A DNA stretch of 63,869 nucleotides, filler included, from an uncultured bacterium (GCA_965372715.1; 9 parts of 6 records of this genome joined end to end with filler, not necessarily neighbours in it); one strand, 5' to 3'; shown: positions 1 through 9,269, numbered from the whole stretch's first letter. The notes: generated by a model from the sequence alone, not told the origin. Made by a program: numbers and translations.

Positions 1-1
1 G

Positions 2-409
2 CTCGGCATTCCGGACCGCTTGATCATGAGACAGCCCTTCCCGGGACCGGGGCTTGCTGTCCGGATCATCGGCCCTATCGCGCCTCCTCAGCTCGCCGTC
101 TTGAGAGAGGCGGACGCCATCGTGAGGGAGGAGATCGAGAGGGCTGGACTGATTGATGACCTGTGGCAGTGGTTCGCGGTTCTGCTGCCTGTGAAGAGCG
201 TCGGCGTTATGGGCGATGAGCGGACCTACGAGAATGCTGTCGCTATCCGCGTCGTGGAGAGCCTCGACGCCATGACCGCTGACTGGGCAAGGCTGCCCTA
301 CGACGTTCTTGCGAAAATCTCCAGCCGCATCATAAATGAAGTCGAGGGGGTCAACCGCGTCGTCTATGACATCAGCACAAAGCCCCCGAGCACGATTGAG
401 TGGGAATAG
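2..409 (+). CDS. guaA: GMP synthase, C-terminal part (5' truncated by window edge)
   Basis: [33 protein letters not shown] and the diagnostic C-terminus [17 protein letters not shown]. Confidence 0.97.
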   Translation, partial: LGIPDRLIMRQPFPGPGLAVRIIGPIAPPQLAVLREADAIVREEIERAGLIDDLWQWFAVLLPVKSVGVMGDERTYENAVAIRVVESLDAMTADWARLPYDVLAKISSRIINEVEGVNRVVYDISTKPPSTIEWE

Positions 410-459
410 GTCAAAGGCCGCGGAAACGTCGAAGGGCAGAAGCATGAACGGAGCAGACT

Positions 460-663
460 ATGCTGAAGTATTTCACTCTTGACTATTGGGAGGATGAGGG
501 CTGGTACGTCGGAAGGTTGAAAGAAGTTCCGGGTGTTTTCAGTCAAGGGCGCTCTTTAGAAGAGCTAGAAGAGAACATTGAAGACGCGTTTCGCCTGATG
601 TTGGAGGACGGACTGGAGTTGACCGGCGAGGTCCAAACCAAACAAGTGGGGATTGAGGTCTGA
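460..663 (+). CDS. hicB: HicB-like (UPF0150) antitoxin
   Basis: 67 aa; EDEGWYVGRLKEVPGVFSQGRSLEELEENIEDA matches the HicB N-domain pattern; GGAG upstream. Confidence 0.85.
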   Translation: MLKYFTLDYWEDEGWYVGRLKEVPGVFSQGRSLEELEENIEDAFRLMLEDGLELTGEVQTKQVGIEV

Positions 664-842
664 AGCGTCTGGTCCTGATTCGACAGCTTGCAGATGCCGG
701 GTGCCATCTGAAGCGGCACGGCAAGAAGCACGACCTCTTCGTCAACCCGAGGAACGCGAAAACAGCTCCTGGGACATGCCCTTGCTTGATATTGTGTGCG
801 GCTGAGCGGATGATACATCGGATCGTTAGAATAATGAGCTGA
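660..842 (+). pseudogene. hicA: HicA toxin, degenerate (CTG start, C-terminal half diverged)
   Basis: Manual translation LKRLVLIRQLADAGCHLKRHGKKHDLFVNPRNAKTAP... overlaps the hicB stop and has the HicA G-x-x-H motif; the usual VPRH and final helix are absent. Confidence 0.7.
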
Positions 843-906
843 AGGGCTATCAGAGGGCCCAAGATTCAGGCTGATCATTTCGGCCAAAAGATGAAGGGAT
901 AGGAGC

Positions 907-1650
907 ATGGCAGAGCTATCAGGACTTGAAGGCCTCAATCCAAGAGTCATAGAGGTCCTAAACCCGTATTGCCAGGAGATTATCTCGCTCCACGGCGACA
1001 ATCTCAAATCGATCGTTCTTTACGGCAGCGCAACGGGCGCCGACTTTGTGGCCAAGCGCTCGAACGTCAATCTGATGATAGTCCTGAGCGAGGTGACCCA
1101 GGCCGCGCTCAAAAAGAGCCTCAAAACAGTGGCCAAGGGCAGAAAGAAGGGCATCGTCGCGCCTCTTCTCCTGGACGAGGAGCACATCCGCCGGTCGGCC
1201 GACGTTTTCCCGATAGAGTTCCTCGACATACAGGAGAATCACGTCGCGCTCTTTGGCAAAGACCCCTTTGCGAGCCTCGAGATAGACAAAAGCAACGTAC
1301 GGCTCCAGTGCGAGCACGAGCTGAAGGGCAAGCTGATCCGCGTCCGGCAGGGCTATCTCGAACGAGGTCTTTTGAAAAGGGACATCACCGCACTGCTGGT
1401 CGAATCGCTGACCTCTTTCATCCCGATCTTCAGGAACATGCTCCGGCTGAAAGGTCAGGACCTTCCGAGAACGAGGCGCGAAGTCATCGAGAAAACAACC
1501 CAGGTCTTCGGGGTTTCTTCAAGCCCGTTTCTCAAAACACTCGGGTTCAAGGAGGGCGTGAAGGCGCCCGACGCCAAGACGGTCGATGAGATATTCGCGG
1601 ACTATCTGACGCAGCTCGACAAGCTGGCAATCGCGATCGACGAGCTATGA
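907..1650 (+). CDS. Pol-beta-like nucleotidyltransferase-fold protein associated with TPM/LemA
   Basis: IVLYGSA motif followed by SNVNL at the DxD position; DVFPIEFLDI; stop overlaps the start of the next gene. Confidence 0.75.
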   Translation: MAELSGLEGLNPRVIEVLNPYCQEIISLHGDNLKSIVLYGSATGADFVAKRSNVNLMIVLSEVTQAALKKSLKTVAKGRKKGIVAPLLLDEEHIRRSADVFPIEFLDIQENHVALFGKDPFASLEIDKSNVRLQCEHELKGKLIRVRQGYLERGLLKRDITALLVESLTSFIPIFRNMLRLKGQDLPRTRREVIEKTTQVFGVSSSPFLKTLGFKEGVKAPDAKTVDEIFADYLTQLDKLAIAIDEL

Positions 1651-2435
1651 GCCCGGGCATGAAACGTTCCAACAAGCGCCTCGTCAAAACGGTAATCTTC
1701 TGCCTGCTGCTAGCCGCGTCTATTGTGCTGGCCGGAAGCGTGAAGTTCCCCCAATACACGGGCTACGTCAACGATTACATCGGCCTTATCAAGCAGTCCG
1801 ACAAGGCCAAGCTGACGGCGCTGCTTTCTGAGCTCGACAAGAAGACAACAGCGCAGGTCGCTGTCGTGATGGTGAAGACGACGGCTCCTTTGGACCTTGA
1901 GACGTATTCGGTTGACCTCGCTCAAGAGTGGGGCATCGGCCGAAAGGGCAAGGACAATGGCGCCCTGATCTTGATAGCCAAAGACGACAGGAAGATGCGC
2001 ATAGAGGTTGGCTACGGACTTGAGCCGAAGCTCACGGACGGGATGGCGGGACGGATCATCCGCGAGTATTTCAGTCCGCATTTCAAGGAGGGCAGATTCG
2101 GTTACGGAACTGTAGTCGGGACAACCGCCGTAGCCAATCACGTTGCATCGATCTACGGCGTGAAGCTCGCAAGCGCTGGGGCCCTGCCCAAGGTTGGTAC
2201 CCCACGTGCAGCGCGGCGGGGCTTCGGATGCGGCGCGTTAGGGTTCCTGCCGCTTCTTATCTTGCTAATGCTTTTCCGGGGCTTCGGGCGGTTCTTTCTA
2301 TTGGGCTCGCTTCTGGGGATGGGCCGTAGAGGCGGGTTCTGGTCCGGGGGTGGCAGCTCCGGCGGTTTCGGAGGCGGATTCGGCGGCTTCGGGGGAGGTT
2401 CATTCGGAGGCGGCGGCGCCTCAGGGTCCTGGTAA
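1647..2435 (+). CDS. TPM-domain (YgcG-like) membrane protein with Gly-rich tail
   Basis: GYVNDY, WGIGRKGKDNGALILIA, RIEVGYGLE, C-terminal TM segment and GGGSFGGGGASGSW. Confidence 0.92.
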   Translation: MSPGMKRSNKRLVKTVIFCLLLAASIVLAGSVKFPQYTGYVNDYIGLIKQSDKAKLTALLSELDKKTTAQVAVVMVKTTAPLDLETYSVDLAQEWGIGRKGKDNGALILIAKDDRKMRIEVGYGLEPKLTDGMAGRIIREYFSPHFKEGRFGYGTVVGTTAVANHVASIYGVKLASAGALPKVGTPRAARRGFGCGALGFLPLLILLMLFRGFGRFFLLGSLLGMGRRGGFWSGGGSSGGFGGGFGGFGGGSFGGGGASGSW

Positions 2436-2501
2436 TGAAGCTGTCTTTGATAACGGCCAATAATCGCCTACCCGCGATGTAATTGAAGCAAGGAGAGATA
2501 G

Positions 2502-3083
2502 ATGTATATGAGCAAAGGTCTCAAGGTATTTCTTATCATCATTGCCGTCCTCTTGGTGACCCTATTCATTGCCGGGGGATGGTTTGTCAGAGGCTACAAC
2601 AGAGTCGTGTCGCTCGACGAGGGCGTCTCCGAGGCGTGGGGCCAGGTTGAGACGCAATTGCAGAGGCGCTACGACCTCGTGCCAAACCTGGTCGAGACGG
2701 TCAAGGGATACGCGAAGCACGAGAAGGAGGTGTTCACCGAGATCACAAAGGCAAGGGCCAGGGTCGGGTCTGCCCAAACCATCCCGGATAAAATAGCGGC
2801 AAACAACAACCTCACGTCCGCGCTTGCGCGGCTTCTGGTCGTCGTCGAGAATTACCCCGACCTCAAGGCCAGCCAGAACTTCCTCAACCTCCAGGATGAG
2901 CTGGCGGGTACCGAGAACCGCATCGCCGTCGCCAGGCGCCGCTACAACCTTGCCGCCAAGGAACTCAACACGTTCATAAAGGGCATCCCAGGCGTCATCT
3001 TCGCGCGAATAAGAGGCACAGAAGAGGCAACCTACTTCGAGGCGCCGAAGGAGGCCCAAGAGGCGCCCGGCGTGAAATTCTAA
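2502..3083 (+). CDS. lemA: LemA family protein
   Basis: N-terminal TM; QLQRRYDLVPNLVETVKGYAKHE, ENYPDLKA, ELAGTENRIAVARRRYN; AAGGAG RBS. Confidence 0.95.
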   Translation: MYMSKGLKVFLIIIAVLLVTLFIAGGWFVRGYNRVVSLDEGVSEAWGQVETQLQRRYDLVPNLVETVKGYAKHEKEVFTEITKARARVGSAQTIPDKIAANNNLTSALARLLVVVENYPDLKASQNFLNLQDELAGTENRIAVARRRYNLAAKELNTFIKGIPGVIFARIRGTEEATYFEAPKEAQEAPGVKF

Positions 3084-3177
3084 CGACGGCGCAGCGGCGA
3101 CCTTCGCCCCCGGGTGAGCGGAACGCGACGTGTAGGGGTCCTATGCGCCACAGGGTTATAATTGTATGCTGTGCTGT

Positions 3178-3204
3178 GTAGGGGCGTGGTCTCAGACCCG
3201 CCCT
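3178..3204 (+). repeat. GTAG-type REP-like palindrome
   Basis: GTAGGGGCGTGGTCTCAGACCCGCCC; the same sequence recurs at 41888 and with one change at 40011. Confidence 0.8.
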
Positions 3205-3229
3205 TTCGAATTGATGGTCGCATAAGATG

Positions 3230-3329
3230 NNNNNNNNNNNNNNNNNNNNNNNNNNNNNNNNNNNNNNNNNNNNTTAATTAATTAANNNNNNNNNNNNNNN
3301 NNNNNNNNNNNNNNNNNNNNNNNNNNNNN
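3230..3329. other. Artificial contig linker; also at about 21909-22008, 25070-25169, 29467-29566, 31655-31754, 34533-34632, 36376-36475 and 37873-37972
   Basis: 100-nt N blocks with an identical central TTAATTAATTAA (stops in all frames). Confidence 0.97.
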
Positions 3330-3358
3330 AGGCGCAGTCTCGCCAAAGGCGGATATGA

Positions 3359-3413
3359 AGGGCGGGGCAAGCACCGCCCCTACAATCCGCAACCCGACTT
3401 ATGGGACAGCCTC
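3359..3413 (-). mobile_element. Right end of a REP-carrying MITE (REP plus terminal inverted repeat)
   Basis: AGGGCGGGGCAAGCACCGCCCCTAC, then AATCCGC, then CGACTTATGGGACAGCCTC; same arrangement at 34799-34853. Confidence 0.7.
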
Positions 3414-3488
3414 TTGAACGCGGTTTGAACCCGGTGATATTGATAGCTCTCGTTATACTAACTCCTGACATCAGTCAGGTAGCCGTAA

Positions 3489-4928
3489 TCAGCCGCGCAG
3501 GAAGTGAGAGGCGAGCTTCTTGACGGTGTCGATGGGGGCGATTCGCAGCCGGTCTCGCAGGAAGCGCAGGTTGTAGATAAGTCTCTGCTTTCTTGCCATC
3601 ATCCATAGAACTTCATCAACGGCCTCGGTCGCGGTTTCGTAGTCAATGCTCCTTTTGAACTCCGAATCGACCGGGAACCTCTTGTTCAGCCCGATCTTGT
3701 AGTTCCGCCAGAGCTCGGGCGATAGTATCTCATCCATGTTGTACATCTCCCAGACTCTGGTCCCGGGATACGGCACGAGGTAGAGTATCTCGAAGTAGGC
3801 CAGCCTATCGAAGTTTGAGCGGATGAACTCGACCGTCATCCTGCTCTCCTCTGCCGTTTCCGTCGGCACGCCCGTAAGGAAGGTCGCCAGCGTCCGGACA
3901 TTGAGCCGCTCGAGCTTGTCAAGCGTGGCCTCGTTGTCCTCGGGGGTAACGCCCTTGCCCTTCAGGAATTCCAACACCCGGGCCGAGGCGCTCTCGAACC
4001 CGAACTCCATCTGTGCCATCCCGGCTTCCTGAAGGAGCTGAATGAAAGAATCCTCGCATTTGCTCACTATATTGGCCCGCCCATAGCACGGCCATCTGAC
4101 GCGCTTGGCGACGCCCTTTTGAAGCATCAGCTCCGCGATTTTCGAGGCGCGTTTCTGGTCGAAAATGAACGTGTCATCTATTATGCAGAGTCCCTCGAGA
4201 TCGTAGCTGCGAAGCAGGCTCTGCATCTCCTCGATGACGTATTCCGGCGAGTGATTCCGCAGCTGACGGCGATGAACCGAGATGCAGTATATGCACCGAA
4301 ACGGGCAGCCGCGGGACGTCATCAGCGTGGTGTTTCTGGTTATCATGCTGCGGACCGCGGCGTTACGGCGCAGGTAGTGCCTCAGGTCGAGGAGCGACCT
4401 GTCGGGGAACGGAATCGTGTCGAGGTCCTCGATGAACGCCGGCGGCTCGCTCAGACGTATCTCGCCGTTGTCCTTGAAACAGATGCCCGGAATGTCCCTA
4501 AGCGCCTCGCCGTTGATTGAGAAGCTTGACTCGCTCAAAGCATCGACAAGCTGCGTGAACGACCGCTCCGCCTCGGATATGACGGCGATATCGAAGAAGC
4601 CCTCTTTGATGACCTGCTCGGGCAGCGCGGTCGGATGCAGCCCGCCGATGACCAATGGCGCGTCGCTGAAGCTGCGGATTCTGCTGGCCAACTGCGTCGC
4701 ACGGTGATACTGCGCCGTCGCGGACGAGAAGCCGATAATGTCCGGCTCGAACTGCTTGGCGACCTTGACGGGATTGTGCCCCGCATACTCGTCAGCGAGC
4801 ACGATCTTATATCGCCCGCTTCCGTACTTCTTCAGATACGAGCTCAAATAGCACACGCCCAGCGGCGGCATGTCGTATATGCCCCGCCCAGGATTGACAA
4901 ATAGTATCTTGATCTCTCGCATCGTCAC
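3489..4928 (-). CDS. B12-binding domain radical SAM protein
   Basis: PPLGVCYL and GGLHPTALP cobalamin-binding domain; TSRGCPFRCIYC (CxxxCxxC); IDDTF; GFES. Confidence 0.93.
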   Translation of the reverse strand: MTMREIKILFVNPGRGIYDMPPLGVCYLSSYLKKYGSGRYKIVLADEYAGHNPVKVAKQFEPDIIGFSSATAQYHRATQLASRIRSFSDAPLVIGGLHPTALPEQVIKEGFFDIAVISEAERSFTQLVDALSESSFSINGEALRDIPGICFKDNGEIRLSEPPAFIEDLDTIPFPDRSLLDLRHYLRRNAAVRSMITRNTTLMTSRGCPFRCIYCISVHRRQLRNHSPEYVIEEMQSLLRSYDLEGLCIIDDTFIFDQKRASKIAELMLQKGVAKRVRWPCYGRANIVSKCEDSFIQLLQEAGMAQMEFGFESASARVLEFLKGKGVTPEDNEATLDKLERLNVRTLATFLTGVPTETAEESRMTVEFIRSNFDRLAYFEILYLVPYPGTRVWEMYNMDEILSPELWRNYKIGLNKRFPVDSEFKRSIDYETATEAVDEVLWMMARKQRLIYNLRFLRDRLRIAPIDTVKKLASHFLRG

Positions 4929-5026
4929 GTGCCACCTTCAAAGCGCTTGAGATATATGCTGCTAGTGGACGTTTATATCGATTTGGGGAGGGCGTGTCAA
5001 ATGGGAAGAGGGGCGGGCGTTCGGCC

Positions 5027-6787
5027 TCAATCCGTTCGGTGTAGGGCCTTCTTCAATCCGTCAAGGGCTTCATTCACGCGATTGATCGACAGATCATTAT
5101 AGCCAGGACTACCTGTGTCCACTCCGGTCAAGAATGTCCAGTCGAGGAGATCCCCATGCTTGGGCATGTCTTCTAGTGCTGCGTCAATCTGCGCAATGAG
5201 GCGGTCATTGAGTAACGAGGAAGATGCACAATTTGTCACAGGCCATATTTTCAGATTATGAGCGAGATAGATTCTCAGCGAAAGCCAGAAGGTGATGTAT
5301 TCCGACGCCTCATTCTCCTTCAGCCAAACATGCTGCAGAATCTCTTCGAGAAAAGACTCACTTAGAGGTGTGGCGCAGACTTCGAGATTGAATATCTTGC
5401 CACAATGAGAGATGTACAAGTATGGGTGTCTTGATCCAAAGACCTCGAATAGGGCGCGCCAGAAGATCTTGCGCACCGAAATAGTGTATTGTTTATGTTC
5501 ATTGACCACGCCGCTCGTGCAGCTCCAATGCTTAAGCAATGGTGCAGAATTACCGTCATCATCGACAACCTTGAGCATAATTGAATGGAGAAGGCCTCTC
5601 GTATCAAGGACGCCGGGGCTAGTGGTCCGCTTAATGACAATCATTAGGCCATCAATCAATGCACTTATATGCCCGAGCTCTGCTTCATCGGCAAGTTGAT
5701 CGAGTTGTTGAATGCGCAAAGAAATCGCATTGCCCCATGACTTGAGATAGGGTCGAATGAACTCGGAAGGGATTCTTCCGCTGAGCTTCTCAAGAATGGC
5801 CAATATACGTTCAAGTGGCTCGCTATTCTCGCATTCCCCGCATCCCTGCAATTCATCGGCCAAAGGCTCAATAAGCACCAGCAACCAATCCCTCATGAAC
5901 CGCTCCGATTCTTTGGCAATCGCCTCCTTTGCCTTACGGGATGTTCGTGCATCATAAAGAGCATCTATGTGGTCAATTAATGGAGCGAAGACCTCTAAGG
6001 CATAGGCGTCCATTACATCATGGACCGCTGAGGCTCTCTCTCCCTTGTCGTACACGCACTTATCCCAGATTCGAAGCGCTTGACCATAGGCTCCACATAG
6101 AATCTCCGATAGCAGGCCAAAGACCTTTCTATCTTCGCGTTTGATGAGCGTCTCACTAAGCTCAGTCAGAACACGGAGTTCTTCTGTGATGTCGAATTTG
6201 GCACGGGCCGCATCGCTGCCCCTAAGAAGCCTTGATTGATGAGAATGGAGCGCTCTCGAGTGAATCTCGAGAATTGTCTGAGGTCTTACGTAATCCAAGA
6301 CAAAGACGAAGAAGACCACAACAATGAACAGCACCACTGCCCCCAAGAAGAGACAGGCGAGGGCCCATGAAGAAACTGAGCCCGATAGTAGGAGAACCTC
6401 GTCCTCAGCCTTCTCTGGCAGCAGTGTCAGGACGACTAAGGAGGCGAGAATGGTTGCCGCCCCAATGGTGAGAAATGCATTCAATGTCACATTGCGCAGT
6501 ATCACATTCGCGGATCTCGCAGTCAGCCTGGCCGACGCTACTTGGAATATCACGAACGCAGCCGTGAAAGAGACAGCTAGCAATGCGGCGATGGTCTGAG
6601 CCAATGCGCTCAAGAAGTACCGCGCAGAATCGACAGGATATTCGGCAAGCCCCTCGGGAAAACCCAGGGCAATAGACGCGATGATTACCAACGTCGAAAT
6701 CCCTAGTAGCATAGCGGCTCTCTCTGGTTGCCCAAATCCATAAGTTTTGTATTTGAGGAATTGGAAGAACCTCCGCACAACTGACAT
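5027..6787 (-). CDS. Hypothetical membrane protein (N-terminal TM bundle, DUF2254-like, plus long helical C-terminus); start uncertain, up to 6886
   Basis: Long ORF with about 4 hydrophobic segments (RYFLSALAQTIAALLAVSFTA...); visibly more AT-rich than its flanks. Confidence 0.6.
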   Translation of the reverse strand: MSVVRRFFQFLKYKTYGFGQPERAAMLLGISTLVIIASIALGFPEGLAEYPVDSARYFLSALAQTIAALLAVSFTAAFVIFQVASARLTARSANVILRNVTLNAFLTIGAATILASLVVLTLLPEKAEDEVLLLSGSVSSWALACLFLGAVVLFIVVVFFVFVLDYVRPQTILEIHSRALHSHQSRLLRGSDAARAKFDITEELRVLTELSETLIKREDRKVFGLLSEILCGAYGQALRIWDKCVYDKGERASAVHDVMDAYALEVFAPLIDHIDALYDARTSRKAKEAIAKESERFMRDWLLVLIEPLADELQGCGECENSEPLERILAILEKLSGRIPSEFIRPYLKSWGNAISLRIQQLDQLADEAELGHISALIDGLMIVIKRTTSPGVLDTRGLLHSIMLKVVDDDGNSAPLLKHWSCTSGVVNEHKQYTISVRKIFWRALFEVFGSRHPYLYISHCGKIFNLEVCATPLSESFLEEILQHVWLKENEASEYITFWLSLRIYLAHNLKIWPVTNCASSSLLNDRLIAQIDAALEDMPKHGDLLDWTFLTGVDTGSPGYNDLSINRVNEALDGLKKALHRTD

Positions 6788-6990
6788 CGCCTGGCGATCT
6801 CGGCGCCCAAAGGAGTGCTCAAAGCACCATATAAGGCAGGTTTCCATCTTCCGCCAAACGAGATTCCTATCCGGACCCGACGGCACTAGTCATGTCTCCG
6901 ATTTAATGAAATAATTCGGGATTCATTATACATGGAGCGTTTGGACAGGCAAGCGGGAGGATATCGGCTCTACATTGCCTCCAATCCTGA

Positions 6991-7175
6991 ATCCCCCAAA
7001 AGGGGATAGCGTGAGTAGCCCCAGGCAAGCGATTCGCGCAGCCTGGGGATTCGGGAAGGCGGGAAAACATAGCTGCCCCGACCTTGCCCGTCCCCAGAAA
7101 TCGGGGACGGGCAAGGTCGGGGCGGAGGTTGGGCCGGGCGCGCATTAATCCCCCACGTTGGCACGTGGGGCTATT
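6991..7175. repeat. Multi-hairpin palindromic element of the CCCCTGAAAGGGG...GTAGCC family, containing a perfect 21-bp stem
   Basis: ATCCCCCAAAAGGGGAT-AGCGTGAGTAGCC resembles 31619-31654 and 39120-39167; 7075-7123 is a perfect 21-bp inverted repeat with a 7-nt loop. Confidence 0.7.
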
Positions 7176-7291
7176 CATGTTGCTCCCTTTCAGGGAGCCA
7201 ATAGGATGAAGAGGCGATCAATGATAGCGCGGTGTCAAGCCACCACAAGTGAAAGCGGCGTCAAGCCGCCGCAGTCCAAAGGACATCCCCC

Positions 7292-7537
7292 CTACTCCAA
7301 GAACTCGACTTCTTCCTTCGCCCAGTAGAACTGCGCGAACTCGGCGGCGGCGAGGCGGAAGCGCTTGTAGCCGGCGCGCTTGAAGGCGATGTCGTAGCCT
7401 TCGAGGATGAGCGTGGGGTTCTGGCGGATGATGTAGGCGTTGTCGCTTTTCAGGTGGCTGGTTATCAGGATGTTCTCGACGACGCCGTCTGGCCGGTCGG
7501 GGAAGACTTCTCCGTTGGGGTGTGACCCTGGACCGTA
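7292..7537 (-). pseudogene. 3' remnant of an unidentified gene, cut off at a MITE end
   Basis: Open frame YGPGSHPNGEVFPD...FYWAKEEVEFLE with strongly G/C third positions; its 5' end abuts the TIR at 7538. Confidence 0.55.
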
Positions 7538-7698
7538 GAGGCTGTCCAATAAGTCGACAATCGGGACTCGTAGGGGCGGGGCTTGTCCTCCGCCCATCTA
7601 TATGTTCGGGCAGACACAAGGCCTGCCCCTACGTGCAGTATGCCCCATTGCATCCTTCTGTGACATCTTCGTCGAAAACCGACTTATTAGACAGCCTC
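7538..7698. mobile_element. 161-bp non-autonomous MITE with 19-bp TIRs enclosing a REP doublet
   Basis: GAGGCTGTCCAATAAGTCG ... CGACTTATTAGACAGCCTC (18/19 inverted match); flanks CGTA/TGTA; inverted REPs at 7570-7595 and 7608-7632. Confidence 0.75.
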
Positions 7699-8243
7699 TG
7701 TAGATAGCTGATTCGCTGTCATCTCGACCGCGTTTCAACGCGGTCATATAGATGGCTCTCATTGTATTAACGCCCGACTTTGAGTCGGGTGGTGTGAGGC
7801 CGCCGAGGCACCCTATTCCTCCTCAAAACCCTCACCTAAACAGGATATAGAAGAGGATGTCGAGCTGGCCCAGAGCCCCCATTTGGAAGATGGGGGTTAG
7901 AACAATGGTAGCCTTCCGCATCGGCTCGGCTGAAGCCGGGCGATGAGGGACTCATCAACTCATCGCATGTCGGAGATCGCAACGTGGGCGGCATCTTCCG
8001 CAGGTATCGTCGCAGAAACCCAACTCTACCTTCAATCTAGAGGCACACCCTTCTCCGTTGGCGGAGCTTGACGAGTGACAACAGGATGATTACTATCAGG
8101 GCGGCGATTTGCCACGCCCCGCAGGATGAGGCGTTTCCTGTGAGCGACGCTCCTGACGGCTAACAGGGCCAACAAGATCGGGATGGCACTGTTTCCCAAC
8201 GTTTACCCTATATGATGGATAGCAAGATGATTGGAGACAGTCT

Positions 8244-9095
8244 GTGAGGACTAGCCTGGGGTTGCTAAGAAAGATTCTCGCCCTAATGCAGCTAACGCGA
8301 CTTTCCTTGTGTATCTTGCTGGGGGTTGCTGTGATTGTGGGGATTCACCTGCTTCCAACCTGGCTCCCTCTGTGGAAGACTATTATCTCATCGCTCGTGA
8401 TCATGTTCATGGCTGGAGGCGGACTGGCGCTAAACGACTACAGAGATATCGAGCGAGACAGATTGAACGCCCCTCATAGGCCTTTGGTTAAAGGAGCACT
8501 GAGGCATCATACTGGGCTTAGGGCCGGGGTCGTGCTCATATGTCTTGCTGTGGGCCTCTCAACATTGTTGGGGCCCTGGGCCCTCGCTTATACGTGTGGA
8601 CTTGCGGTCCTGGTCGTTTTCTACTCATACGCCCCGTATGGTTTCTTGCGATGGTCCAAGAACTTTTTGACGGCGCTTTTGGGTGTCTCTCCGTTCGGCA
8701 TGGCGTGCGTCGTGTCTCAGGTCTTCGGCGAGCTTGGATACGTTATGGTTATGGCTGGCCTATTCATCTTAGGTCGCGAGATGCTAATGGACGTGAAGGA
8801 CAAAGAGGGAGATGGTCAATACGGTCTAAGAACATTGGTGCAATACATGAAGAATTGGCAGGCCTTGGCCGTCTCATTTGGTGCTATGGCTCTGTCGCTC
8901 GTTCTCGCTATGGTGTTCGGATATATGCGCCAGTATGGTCCGGCGTTCCACCTGGCGATCATTGTGTGCCTCATGCTCACACCCATCATGCTTATGATGT
9001 TCCTTGCGGCAAAGACGCAGCGCCAGAAGGCTTTCGTTATGGAAGCTACAAAGGTTGAGTTGCTGCTTGGACTCGCTGCCTTCCTCGTCCGCTGA
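8244..9095 (+). CDS. UbiA-superfamily prenyltransferase, DGGGP-synthase-like subfamily
   Basis: Multi-TM; NDYRDIERDRLNAPHRPL and REMLMDVKDKEGD Asp-rich motifs. Confidence 0.8.
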   Translation: MRTSLGLLRKILALMQLTRLSLCILLGVAVIVGIHLLPTWLPLWKTIISSLVIMFMAGGGLALNDYRDIERDRLNAPHRPLVKGALRHHTGLRAGVVLICLAVGLSTLLGPWALAYTCGLAVLVVFYSYAPYGFLRWSKNFLTALLGVSPFGMACVVSQVFGELGYVMVMAGLFILGREMLMDVKDKEGDGQYGLRTLVQYMKNWQALAVSFGAMALSLVLAMVFGYMRQYGPAFHLAIIVCLMLTPIMLMMFLAAKTQRQKAFVMEATKVELLLGLAAFLVR

Positions 9096-9180
9096 CTTAC
9101 TGGTCTCCCTACCTGTTTCTTTCGAGCCTGGAGCTCTGAGCCTCTTGGTAGCTGTCTCCCACAGAACTCGGCGGTTTATA

Positions 9181-9228
9181 TTGACGCCTCAATCAAAGAG
9201 TCGCAGGTTGAGTTCGGGCATCAGGATT
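9181..9228 (+). repeat. 48-bp direct repeat copy 1 (degenerate promoter copy)
   Basis: 42/48 identical to 11261-11308. Confidence 0.85.
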
Positions 9229-9269
9229 CGGCGAAGCTTCCGGTCGACGCTGAACATTGCGAAGGCGAC

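Noticed and set aside
3230-3329. TTAATTAATTAA palindrome recurring eight times
   Set aside because: Always centred in N runs: an artificial contig linker. ORF-track entries ending in X...LIN and gene adjacency across linkers are artefacts.
7760-8243. Possible ncRNA or riboswitch in long non-coding stretches (also 31860-32270, 49760-49990, 63450-63790)
   Set aside because: Scattered hairpins only; no motif I can assign without an Rfam search.
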